The notes beneath the pieces are model-generated. The model did not search any database, was not told where the DNA came from, and saw only the letters and a program-made list of their open reading frames with translations. From Fonticula alba ATCC 38817 (taxonomy: Eukaryota; Protista; Nucleariida): DNA of 64,000 nt. This document shows positions 12,736 through 24,119 of this stretch, piece by piece. Within the stretch, counting starts at the first letter, position 1; each line of letters begins with the position of its first letter. Made by a program: the position numbers and the translations under genes. The stretch lies in the NCBI GenBank assembly GCA_000388065.2, contig KB932205.1. One strand, 5' to 3'.

Positions 12736-13112
12736 TTACGAGGAGCTGGCCGGGGCGGTGCCCGAGGCGGGGGGGATGTTCCACCCGGCAGCGGCGGTCG
12801 GCTGGCTTTGCATGGCGGCCTGCAGACGCGCCTCAGCCTCGGCGGCCGCCGCATTGGCCGCCTCCAAGGTCATGAGCTCGTCATACACGCGCCTCCGGCG
12901 GTCCAGATCCCAGCGCACGAAGATGTATGCGCCGAGGGTCATCCCAGACAGGATGCCCCTGCGCGAGGACCAGCCAACCGAAAAGACAGAGGAGGAGAGG
13001 GGGAGGGAGGAACGGGTGAGCGGGAGAAGAGAAAAGCAACCCGGGGAATGACTGCCACATCCACGGGCACAGGGGGGACGTACCACCACTTGAAAATCTG
13101 ACGAGGTCCCAT
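12736..13112 (-). CDS. Small single-pass membrane protein of unknown function (~83 aa)
   Basis: ATG 13112; exon 13112-13084; intron GTACGT..CAG; exon 12958-12736. Reads MGPRQIFKWWGILSGMTLGAYIFVRWDLDRRRRVYDELMTLEAANAAAAEAEARL... A further GTAAGT..CAG intron (12739-12670) could move the stop to 12648. Confidence 0.6.
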
Positions 13113-13759
13113 GGTGAGCGGTGTGCTGAAGGAGAGGAAGAGGAAGAGGGAGGTGAAGATGGGAAGTAGGGAGGTGCTGGATCGCGGACGTCACTCCGGC
13201 GCCGGGTAGGTCGCCCTTTGCGGCTGTTTCCTCCTTTCCCCGCCGGCGGGAAGCCGGACAGGGGATCCGGCCTCGTTCCCGAGGAAAAGACCGCCTGCGA
13301 GCGTGCTGCCCTCTGCTCGGCCCTTGCCCGAGGCTTCACGTACACACGGCCAGGCGTGGGAAGCCCCCGGCACATGTGTTTGTGTGCGCCCAGGCAGGCA
13401 GGCAGACCAGGAAGAGGGCGGAGCCATCGGCCTCACACCGCGCTGGGCAGCACCCCCCGCCCCCCCCCTGGCGTGAGCGAGGGATGACCCATCCTTCCCT
13501 TGCCTGAAAATGAGGTTGGCAGCTGCGCTCCACGTTGATCACGCCAGGTGCCAATGGATGGTGAGGCTGTACAGCGAGTCTGGGATATATTGTCGAGTGC
13601 GAGCGGCGAGCGGCGGGCAGCGAACGGCGAGCGACAAGCGGCGAGGCCCGGGGGCGGGCGGGACGATACCCAAAAGCAGGCTCTCAGAGACACGCGCGCA
13701 CAGATGCATCCCCCGCTCGGCCGGCTGCGAGCACACAAGGGAGGTCTCTCCCTCCCTTG

Positions 13760-15116
13760 TTACGGATGTGCATGCTCCGTCCCGGTCGACGAGCTACACA
13801 GGGAGGGGAGAAGGAGGAAAAGGAGAGAGAGAGAGAGAGAGAGAGCGAGATCAGTCCGACCTCGATGGGAGCACCGGCGTGGGGACCGCCGCCGCTGCTG
13901 CCGTCGTGCAGAAGTGCCGGTACTTGCTCCACTTGAGGGCGAGCTTGGGCGGGCCGGCGCCCGTTGGCCGGCCAGCCCGGCGGCCGGCACCGGCGGTCGC
14001 CATGCGCGCCAGTGCCTCCTGCGACCCGGGCCACGGGTCGACCGAGATTGTCAGAGTACCAGCCCCGGCGGGCGACCCACCTGCCGCTGGCACGGATGCC
14101 CGGAGGATCGAAGTGACCCAAGCCAACCGAGCCAAGCACCCGAGTGGCGACACGTCGTCACCCGACCCGGCCGCCTGGCGAATCAGTCGCAAGGCCGGGC
14201 TCCCGCCAGCATCCGGCCAACTCGGCAGCAGCAGGGCCAGGGCGGCCTCACGCTGTACCAGCACGACGGACAATGCCGACGCGCCGCCGGTGCTGGGGGC
14301 CTGGTCGAGAGGCCAGGCGATCCGGACATCGGTCTGGCCACGGGCACTGAGAGCCGTGGCCTCGGCCTCCGACAGGCAACGGACCCCGCCCGCGGCCCCG
14401 GGTCCAAGTAGACCAGCCAGCTCCGAGTGCAGGCTTGTGCCCCCATCGGGCGAGCCGGGCTCCAGCCCCAGGGCCCGGGCTAGGTCGGCCGCGAAGAAGA
14501 AGCGCTCTTCGCTGCCCGGGAATCGGGCCTCGCGAAGGGGCTGCACCGGGCCCAGGGCTTCCAGCGGTGCCTGCATGTCATGCAGCAATGTCCCATTCGC
14601 TGGGAGGGAGAGGGACGCCGCCGCGCAAGTTGAACACAGACAGGCCGGCCGCTGATCACACTGCGTGCAGAGGCCTGGAGCGATGGCACACCATGGTGAN
14701 NNNNNNNNNATGGAAATTTGCCCGGGCTCCGGCTCGGAGTCACTGCCGGCATCCTGGGAGGCCGGCACGGCGGCCAATCGAGGCCCCGCAGGAGGCCCGG
14801 ACACCGGCACAGACACCGGCGTGGGGGGGATCGCCGGCGTTGGCGTCGGCACCGGTGCCGGCACCGGCGTCGGCACCGGCGCGGGTGCTGGCGCCGGAGT
14901 GGAGAAGCGCGAAGCCGCGGCGGGTGGCCCGCCAGTTGCTTCGGCCGCCGCTCGGGCCGTTGTGAAGACCACCTTCACATCCAGCCCGTCAATGGTCAGC
15001 TGGTCGTTGACCGCCCGGATGGCACTCTGGATGGTGACAAAGTTGACATAGGCGGCATTGGTGGCGCGGCCCATGGGGGTCACGGAAAAGCGCTTCATCG
15101 TGCGCATGGTGTCGAT
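13760..15116 (-). CDS. RRM-like domain plus C-terminal globular region; probably the 3' exons of the RS/ankyrin gene
   Basis: GC3-biased frame IDTMRTMKRFSVTPMGRATNAAYVNFVTIQSAIRAVNDQLTIDGLDVKVVF shows the RNP1/alpha2/beta4 pattern of an RRM. It continues across the 10-N gap to ERFFFAADLARALGL...LKWSKYRHF. Stop at 13851, or at 13760 via an extra intron. The junction to the upstream exon is unresolved. Confidence 0.6.
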
Positions 15117-15314
15117 CTGCCCCGGGGCCAGACAAACACCAGGTGCCGAAGAGGAGGATCGCATGTCAGTGAGAGGCCTGGGAATGCAAAGGAGGGAGCC
15201 GCGAGCAGCAGGCGGGGGGGGGGGGGCGCGGGGGATACATGTGCGGAGGTGCACACAGGGAAAGCTCGGGAGGCGATGGCAGCAGGAAGGGCGATGGCAG
15301 CAAGCAGTGCGTAC

Positions 15315-15853
15315 TGGGCTTCGGCGCCACTGGCGACATTGGGACCGAGGATCGCGGCGAGCCGGGCCCAGAGGCGCCCGCGATATCCGGGCTGGTTACA
15401 TCGGCTGCTCTCGATGGCTGAGTCACCGCCTCGGGCCCGAGCAACTTGCCATCTAACAGGGTCTGTGCCACGGAATACACCTCCGAGGCCGCGTCGGGGG
15501 AAATGTGCGCGAATCCGGCGCTATTCAGCCGTCCGGGCCCAAGACGCCCAGCTGGGGGGGTGGACACCGCCCCGGCCGGTGAGTGCCGGGCCTGGGCCTC
15601 CAGCAGCCGGCTAGTCCGACGGAAGTCCCCGGCGGACATGCGATCTCGCGACAGGAGATCCAGCGGCGTTTGCTGGCGGTCGGTCCGGGCGTGAACATCT
15701 GCCCCGAAGACCAGAAGCAAGGCCACGGCAGCAAATTGGCCCCGCTCGGCGGCCTCATGCAGGGGAGCCACGCGATGGGGCCCGCGAACATTGGGATCCG
15801 CCCCGTACTGCACGCATGTACATTTCAGCATGCGTTGTTATGCGTACATGTGT

Positions 15854-15901
<48 letters not shown>

Positions 15902-16633
15902 GCGTGTGCGTGTGCGTGTGCGTGTGCGTGTGCGTGTGCGTGTGCGTGTGCGTGTGCGTGTGCGTGTGCGTGTGCATGGGGAAGAGTAGGACAGTCAGTC
16001 GGGATAGTTTGGGGAGGAGCGAAAGACCAAGACAGAAAAGATCATCGTAAAACAGGGGGGGGGGGGGGGAGGCGCTCCAGCCACACGGGAAACGCACGTG
16101 CAACAAGAGGGACCCGACATCTGTGTGGTCGCCAAGAATTGCCTCGAAGAGCGGCGTCCGGCCACTGTCATCTGGCTGGTCGATGGCCGCCCCGGCATTG
16201 AGGGCCCGTCGAACGGCCGTCGTGTCGCCATCAGCCGCCACACGATGAAGATGTGTTTGCCCCTGGGGCAGGGTTTCCTGAACAAGCTGCAGGTCTTTGG
16301 AGAACTCTGCCAAGAGCCAGGGGTAAAAAAAAAGCCAGAAAAGAAGTCAGACGCGAGCGTGGCCACAGCATATGCTGGCCAATCAGGGCAACGTGACACG
16401 AACCGTGCATGAAGCCATCCAGGTTCGGGGGGCAACACTGCTGGGGCGTTTGCCGCTGGGCGTTTTCCCGAATCGTGGCGCCCAAACGAACCAGCAACAA
16501 GAAGGCCTGCGCGCCGGTTGCACGGACCAGTGGAAGAGGATAGAAAGATGTCAGAGCATACCATGGGCAGGGCATGGGCCAGGTGGAGGATGCGAGGGAA
16601 GGAGGGCAAATGAAAAGATGTGTGTGTATGTAA

Positions 16634-16692
<59 letters not shown>

Positions 16693-19110
16693 CGCCTGGC
16701 GTACCGGCCGGTGACCACCAAGCGAGGCCATGTGCAACGCCGTCTGACCATCGTCCGTTTGGGCATTGAGATCGGCCCCAGCATCATAGAGCTGCAGGTG
16801 CAGATGCACACCGCGCAGGAGGGGGGGGGGGGGGATCACGCGTCAGCACTGGGACACCAGCGAATGGCGCCCGAGCTTTTCACCAAAACCCGACCCAAGC
16901 AAGGGGAAACACATACCAAGATGATGGCCGAGATGTGGCCGCGCAGGGCGGCCGCGTGAACCGGCGTCCAGCCAGCCGCATCGCGCGCATTCACATCGGC
17001 GCCCTGACCGAGCAGCGTGCTCGCAGCCAGCAATTGCCGGTGATAAGCCGCCAGGTGAAGCTGGGTCCGGCCGTCGGCGTCTCGCGATTGCGGGGTCGCC
17101 CGATCCAGCATCACCGGGCTCTCAGGCCAGGGGGCCACCCCGGGCAGGTACCGCGCCAGAGCGGCCGCCTCACGGCCAAGGTCAAGCCCGGAGCGACGCG
17201 GGAGGCCGGAGGTGCTCGAACGGCGAGCCGGTCGCCCAGGCGTGCCGACCCCCGGCACGGGGGAGCCCCGTCGAATCAGACCTTCGCCGCTCGCCGGGCC
17301 GGAGGCACCTCGGCTGTACGCCTTGCTCAGCTCGCGTGCCTGCTGCTGGTCGAGGGTGATGGACAACCGGCGGAGCCGCTGGTTGGCTGGCTCCGGCGAG
17401 GACCCCTCGTCATCTGATCGGAGGAGATCCTCGTCCTCTTCTTCTTCTCCCCCCTTCGCGCCATCCTTGCCGGTCTCGGCCCGGTCCGGGGCTGCCAGAG
17501 AGGCTGGCGACAACGACGATGCCATGCTCGAGACAGCCGGCGAGCCGGCCGAGGCAACTCCAGCTGCCGCGGTGACAATTGCCCCGGCGGCCCCGGGCTC
17601 CGGAGCGCCGGCCGCCGTCGAGCTGACGGTCGCCACGCCACTGCCCCTGTCAGCATGCTCAGCCGTGGCTTCCTCCTTCTCGGATGCAGACTCCGAGCCC
17701 GAGTTATAGGCGCTCAGGGAGCTCAAGCCGCTGATGTCCGACTCGCTGAGGCTGCTCTCGGTCAGGGAGCTGAGCGAGGAGAAGTCCGACACCAGTGCCA
17801 GGTGGTCGTCGAGCTTGGCCATGGCGCTGGGCACCTCGCTCTCCGAAGAGAAAAGAGCCCGCGGAGAGGGAGGGCCGGCGGGCCGGTGCTTGGCCCGGAG
17901 AAGCGGAGTTGACCGGCGGGCTGGCAGCCGGCTGGGCGACCGCGTGTCCGAATCCGAAGAGCTGGACATGTGGGTGGGTCGGGTGCGCGGCGCCGGCCGG
18001 GCCGGCTGGCCGGGCCGGCTTCGCGCCGGCGAGCCATCCCGTCGACCGGCCATCGACGCCGCCGAGGAGGAGTCCGACGCGTCCGAAGAGTCCGAGCTGA
18101 ACCCACTTCGACTGCTGTCGCTATCGACTGACATGGACATGCGCTGCACCTGCGGCGGGGAGGGAGGCGCAGTCGGCGGAACATCCGGCACCGCCGCACC
18201 CGGATCTGCCACCCGGCGAAGACGCCCAAGGGACGATGCCTGGGGCGGGGGCTGGTCGGCCTTGAGCTCGGTGGACTCATGGTCGCTGTCATCATCGGCA
18301 TCGCTGCCGGAGAAGGCCGGCCCGCGGCCAGCACTGCCACCACCAGGAGCAGCAGCTGCGGGGGTGTCCGGAGCCGGCTTGTTGTGCGGCGGGCCAGAGG
18401 CGTCCATCGAGTCGGGTGAGCGCGACCGCGATCGCGACCGCAGACGCCGAGGCTGGTCCACTGCCATGTCGACGGGTGCCTCATCCGCAGCAGCAACAGG
18501 AGCAGGAGCACCGGCAACGGTGGCGGTGGCGGTGGCGGAGGCAGCAGTGACAACGGCGGCCGGGGGCATGGCCGTAGTCAGAGCCGGCGACGAAGGGGAT
18601 AGCGCCAGCTTGGCCGCCTCGGCAGCCGGCGCCGGGTGCCGGATGGCACCATCAGGCACCGGCGCAGCAGGGTTACCGGAAGGGGGATCCACCTCACTGG
18701 ACAAGCGCAAGGTGGCCAGCTTGGCCGGATCCGTGGCCAGGGGGGCCGAGCGATCGGGCGAGCTGCTGGCCGGGGTGGCAGCCGCCGGGCCGGAAGTCAG
18801 GCTGGGCACTGCTGCCACGGCCGAGGGATCCGCCTGCAGGGAGAGGCCCTCTGACCCGTGGCCCGGGCCTCGGCTCTGATCGCGGGCCCGGCCTGGGCTC
18901 CGGCTTTGAGACCGGCCCCGACTGGGGCTGAGATTCGGCCCGCCACGCGCCCGGACCATACTCGGGCTGTGACTGCGGCTGTGGCTGCGACTGCGACTCC
19001 GAACAGGGCTCCGGCTCCGGCTACGGCTCCGGCTCCGGCTCCGGCTCCGGCCAGGGCTCCGACCAAGGCTACGGCTGCGACTACGGCTGCGGTCACGCCC
19101 GTGGCCAAGA

Positions 19111-19143
<33 letters not shown>

Positions 19144-19162
19144 ATGAGACGGCCGCGCCCAG

Positions 19163-19201
<39 letters not shown>

Positions 19202-19467
19202 TTCGACTCCGGTGGCGATCCAGGGCCGGCCGATCGAAGGGACCAAGTCGGCCCATGTACATTGGCGATCGCCCAGGCCCGGGCCAGCGGCCTGAGGCAT
19301 ATGGCGAGCGCGACCGAGGCGATGGGGCCGGTCGCCGGGGCGAAGAGTAATACCGCCGGCGAGAGGGAGAGTGGCCCCGAGACCGACCAGCGCCAGATGG
19401 CCCAGGCCGATCGTAGCCACCAGCCCCGGCACCGCCGGCACCGCCGCCGCCGCCGCCACGGCCTCGA

Positions 19468-19498
<31 letters not shown>

Positions 19499-19658
19499 TG
19501 ACGCTGCGATTCCGGCTCCGGCTGAAGCTCCGGCTTCGACTGCGCAAGCGACCCAGGCTCCGGCTCCGGCTGCGACTCCGGCTGAAGCTACGGCTGCGGC
19601 TGCGGCCACGGTCGGCCAGGCGGCCGCGCATGCGATTCCGATCGCGCCGAGGGCTGAA

Positions 19659-19696
<38 letters not shown>

Positions 19697-21655
19697 TGAA
19701 GCCCCGGCCGCCGCGGCTGACACTATCACTGCGACTCCGATGGGGCGGTGAGGCGGACCGGCTCCGGCCGCGACCACGACCCCCTCGGCCAGTGGCGAGT
19801 CGCCGCGGAATGCGCCCATGGTGACTGGGACTCCGGCTGCGACTCCGGCTGCGACTGTCGCTGCGGCTGCGGCTTCGGCTGCGGTGTGAGAGGAGCGGGC
19901 GCCGGCCGCGGCCGCGACTCCGGCTGCGAGACCGGCTGCGAGACCGGCTGTGCGAGCGGCTCCGGCTGCGGTCATCGCGCCCGCCAGCGGCCGGCGTGCG
20001 CATGGAGGATGCGCCCGATCGCCCGGCGGGGCCGCGCCGCACCGGCATGGCATAAGATCCACCATCGAGCGCCTGCGTGGAGCCTGGTGAACGGCTTCGA
20101 GCGCGTCTGGACGCCACGCCCAGGGGAGGCAAGAGCAGGAAGGGAGAGAGAGAGAGAGGGAGGGAGAGAGAAAGCGCGAGCGAAGGGTGAGAGAGGTGGT
20201 CGTGAGGAGATGCGGACGCAAAGGCATGCATACCAGCGGAGGTCCATCCGCGCTGTGACTGGGAATGAGGGGAAAGGGGGGGGGGGGAGGGGGGGGCGGA
20301 CGCACGACAGGGACTGCTCCTCAGACTCGGCGGATGGCCGGCCCGGGAGCGGGCTCAGATCCCGGCGTCCGGGGACATCTGGCTCCGAGGTAGAAGGCCG
20401 GCGCCCGAGCGATGGGCCGCCCCCGGGGGAGAAGGGACCTGGCCGAGATGCATGATGATCCATATCCGCCTCATTGGTGCCCATCGATAGGGAGGGCCGT
20501 CTTCCGGGCCCGGAGCGGTCTTCCGGGCTTCGGCTGCGACCGGTGCCCATGCTGGATCGGCCGCCGCCACCGCTGCCAGCGCCACCGAGGGACCCGGGCG
20601 CGCCCAGCGACGCAAGAGGCGGCGATCCCCCAGGCGGAGGATGTCCCAGGGCCAATGGCGTGCCGAGAGGCGACATCGGCGCGCCGAAGGGCGGCACCGC
20701 CTGCCCGGCGCCGGTGGGAGGGCCGCCCGAGGGCCGACGCCCAGCCAGCAGAGTCCCCGGAACCGGACCCGGACCCGGCCCGGGCAGCCCGGTGGAATGC
20801 ATCCGAGGCGATAGTGGCCGATCGAAGGAAGGCCGGCGGCCCGGAGAGAGAACACCCTCACCGCCCATGGAGAAGGAGTTCGACCGGCCCCGCGAGCCCC
20901 CTGCCAGGTGAGAAGCATGCCGGTGAGAAGGGACCACGAGCAGGCGCAATCCGAGGGAGCAATCGAGGACACATACCTAGGCCGGGCGGTGGCGAGAGCG
21001 GCGAGGAGGAGCCGGCACCGGTGGCGGAGGGCCCCGCGCCACTGAGGGACAGTGTCGGCCCGCCGAGGGGCGGCGGTGGCGACGGCGGCGGCGGGGACGA
21101 CACATGAAGGCCGTGCAGCTGGTTGCCGGACAGAACGGGGCCTCCGGCTGTCCCGGGTGGCGGGAAGTGCACCATGCCCGAGCGGAAGCCCCCGGCCGCG
21201 GAGCCGTGCGCGCTCGGCGCCCGGTGGCCGAGGTGCATGAGTGGCGGGGCCGGGGAAGAGCCCGGCCCGCCGGGGCCCGAGCCAGGGGCAGGTGGCCCCG
21301 ATGGCGGCGGTTGGTGCATCATCGGTCGCGACGAGTGAGGGTGGGCATGGGGGGCCCCCACCATCATGCCTGACATGTAGGCACCAGGTGGTGGTCCGCC
21401 AGGCGGGGCCCCCGGCGACATGGGCATCATGGGATGCACCATGCCGGGCAAGTGAGGCGGCGGGCCGCCAGGAGCCCCAGGCGGGCCGTGGCCCCGAGAC
21501 AGGGGCAGGTGCCCCATGATGGATGACCCGCCGGAGGGGGGGGGACCTCCGGAGGGAGGCCCGCCACCGGTGCCGCTGCCTCCTCCACTGCCGCTGCCAG
21601 TCCCAGAGGACGCCCCGCCACCACCGCCAACCATCTTGCCCTGCTGGGGGAGCAT
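15315..21655 (-). CDS. Large protein: Pro/Gly/Met-rich N-terminus, long RS domain, ankyrin repeats
   Basis: Phase-consistent exons 21655-20977, 20900-20306, 20106-16917, 16791-16705, 16506-16404, 16306-16098, 15807-15315. Ankyrin units: DGRTQLHLAA, AGWTPVHAAALRGH, DGQTALHMASLGGH, SGRTPLFEAILGDH, RVAPLHEAAERGQ, RQQTPLDL. RS dipeptide runs at about 18870-19990. Confidence 0.85.
15840..15978. repeat. Intronic (TG)n/(TGCGTG)n microsatellite, unbroken purine-pyrimidine alternation
   Basis: Read directly; lies in intron 16097-15808 of the ankyrin gene. Confidence 0.95.
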
Positions 21656-21675
21656 CACCACGGGGGGGGGGGGGG

Positions 21676-21725
<50 letters not shown>

Positions 21726-22776
21726 CTTTTTTCTTGAAGAAGGGAGCGCGGGCGCTTCAAGGCAGGGGAGAAGAGGAACGTCTTCCCCACCGCACGTCCC
21801 TGCTGACGAACACGGGTGCGACTGGGCCGAGGACACGAACAGAGGGCAGGAGCAGTATCCTCACGCCCTCTTCGGCGTTGGTCCGGGAGGTCGGCACAGG
21901 CAGAGAAAGAAGCCACACGAGGGGGAAGCAGGAGTCCGTGCGCTTGTCCGAACGGCGCAACAAGGAGCGAGAGAGGGGGAGAGAGGGTGGAGCAGGGAGA
22001 GAAAGAACAGAGGGCGACAGAGGGGGTGGGGAGTGGCTGCTAGATGCTCCAGCGGGGCGGCCACTGGCGCCCTCGGAGAAAAATGGCGCGACTTCGCGCC
22101 CTTGCCAGGGAGCCGACATGGAAAAACGGGACACCGGCCCGGGGGCCGTCCCCCCCCCCCCCCCCTAACCACACACAGCGGCCAGGAGGGGCCACCCTTG
22201 CCAGAGTTGGAGGAGAAAAAACCGTACCCAGCTGAAACGGTGCGCTGGTGCCTGCTGGGGGACCGTGCCCGCCAGCCACCCACTGACGCGAGGTCGAGCC
22301 ATGCAAAGTTCGATTCGTCGATTCGTTGGTGTGTCGCTGTAACGTTGGCATTCCGAGAGTGCGCGGCGTCGCGAACGCCCGCCCGAGCAGCCGGCGCACC
22401 GCACCAGCTGGCGACCCCCGCCCCGTTCTGCCGGCTCCCCTCGCGTCCGCCCTCTCTCCCTCTCTCCCTCTCTCTCCCGCTCGCTCCTTCCCTCTTCGTC
22501 GCTGGGCCTCTGCCTCGGTGATACGGCGACACACGGGCACCCCTCCTCACGGGTGAGCACGCGCACAAGAGGGGCGCCCTGGTGCCTGTCGTCGAACTCC
22601 GGGTCGCACCCCCGCTCGGTATATCTATAGGTGTATTATTTGGGACAAATTGGGGAAGTAAAATCAAGGACAGACAGTAGAGAGAAGTAGGCAGAGGCAG
22701 GGGGGGGGGGGTGCGCGACGACGGTGGCGGCGGTGGAGGCAACGCCGGAAGGCGAGTGTGGAGCACGCGTAGGCCA

Positions 22777-23047
22777 CTACGCCGAGCGGAGCTTAAGAGC
22801 ATGAACGGTCTGAACGTAACGCTCAAGCGAGGAGCGCTTCAGGTAGGACAGCATGCGCTGGCGACGGTGCACGAGCTGCACAATCCGACGGCGGCAGCTG
22901 GAATCCTTCGGGTGCATCTTGATGTGGTTGGTCATGTAGTCGATGCGGGTGGTGATGGCAGCGACTGAGGGAAACAGAAGCAGGCGGGCAGGCGGGCAGG
23001 CAGGGGAGCGGGGGAGGTGTGAGCACACAGAGGAAAAGAGTCAGCGC

Positions 23048-23086
<39 letters not shown>

Positions 23087-23096
23087 NNNNNNNNNN

Positions 23097-23133
<37 letters not shown>

Positions 23134-24119
23134 GAGAGAGAGAGAGAGTAGAGTCGAAGCATGGGTGCGCGCGCGAGCGGAAGATGGCGTACTCTGAGCC
23201 TCGGGAGAGCCGCTGTCCACGGGCGAGCGGCGCATGGCATCCATCGACCGGCGGATGTTGAACTTGTTGATCTCCGCCTGCGAGGCATTGGCCAGGGAGA
23301 AGATCTTGCGCACGTCGGAGGAGAGGCCCTGGAACTGGAGCGGCGACAGGCCGTCCACATACTGGCAGCGGCGGCGGCGGCGGGGAGGACCAGGGCATGG
23401 AGAGAGTCAGAAAACCCGGGTGGCGATCGGGAAGGCGCGCCAGCGAGGAAGCAGGAAGCAGCAGCCCCCCATGGGTGCACAACAACGCACGGTGTTCGGG
23501 TCGATCGAGGGCGGGGCACTGAGACGCGAGTCGTAAAGGCTGGTCTTGTTGATCTCCTCCTCTGCCCGCAGGGCGACCTCGATGGCCTCGGTGATATCCT
23601 CTGCCGGGATGTTCATGGTGTCGTTGCTGTAGGACAGGTTCATGCGGTTCACCTGGGAGATGATGTCGGAGAAGGCTGAGCGGGAGCGCGGCGAGAGGGG
23701 CGAGGTCAGTATGCACATATGGCATGCGCATGGGCCCCAGCCCGACCGGGGACAAAGGCGACAAACAAGGAGAGACAGGGGAAGGACATACAGGGAGTCG
23801 AGGCGGAGGTCGGCGAAGTGGCCGAGAAGACCGGCACCTCGGAGTCATACATGTACTTGGAGAAGTCGTTCAGGTTGCTCTGGCCATAGAACAGCTGGTC
23901 GGTGTCGCTGGACTCGAAATCCAAGTCGGACCCCAGGGCCGCGCCCTTCTTGTTGGAGAAGGAGTCATTCGTGCGGTGGGGATTGTTCAACTGCCGGAAG
24001 AAGTCGTAGTCCGAATCCGAGGAGGAGGGATGGCCAGCACCGCCGGACCGTTGCGAGACGGCCGGAACGGCGGTGCGAGAAAACTGCCGGGCGGCGACAC
24101 CGCCGAAGCGGGAGGCCAT
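22777..24119 (-). CDS. MRPS15: Mitochondrial ribosomal protein uS15m
   Basis: Exons 24119-23792, 23675-23491, 23361-23193, 22964-22777. S15 core DSGSPEAQIAAITTRIDYMTNHIKMHPKDSSCRRRIVQLVHRRQRMLSYLKR. Arg/Ser-rich presequence MASRFGGVAARQFSRT. Confidence 0.92.

Noticed and set aside
18870-19990. (CTCCGG)n hexamer arrays as CRISPR or a mobile repeat
   Set aside because: They are the codons of the RS domain; there are no spacers, cas genes, terminal repeats or transposase anywhere in the window.
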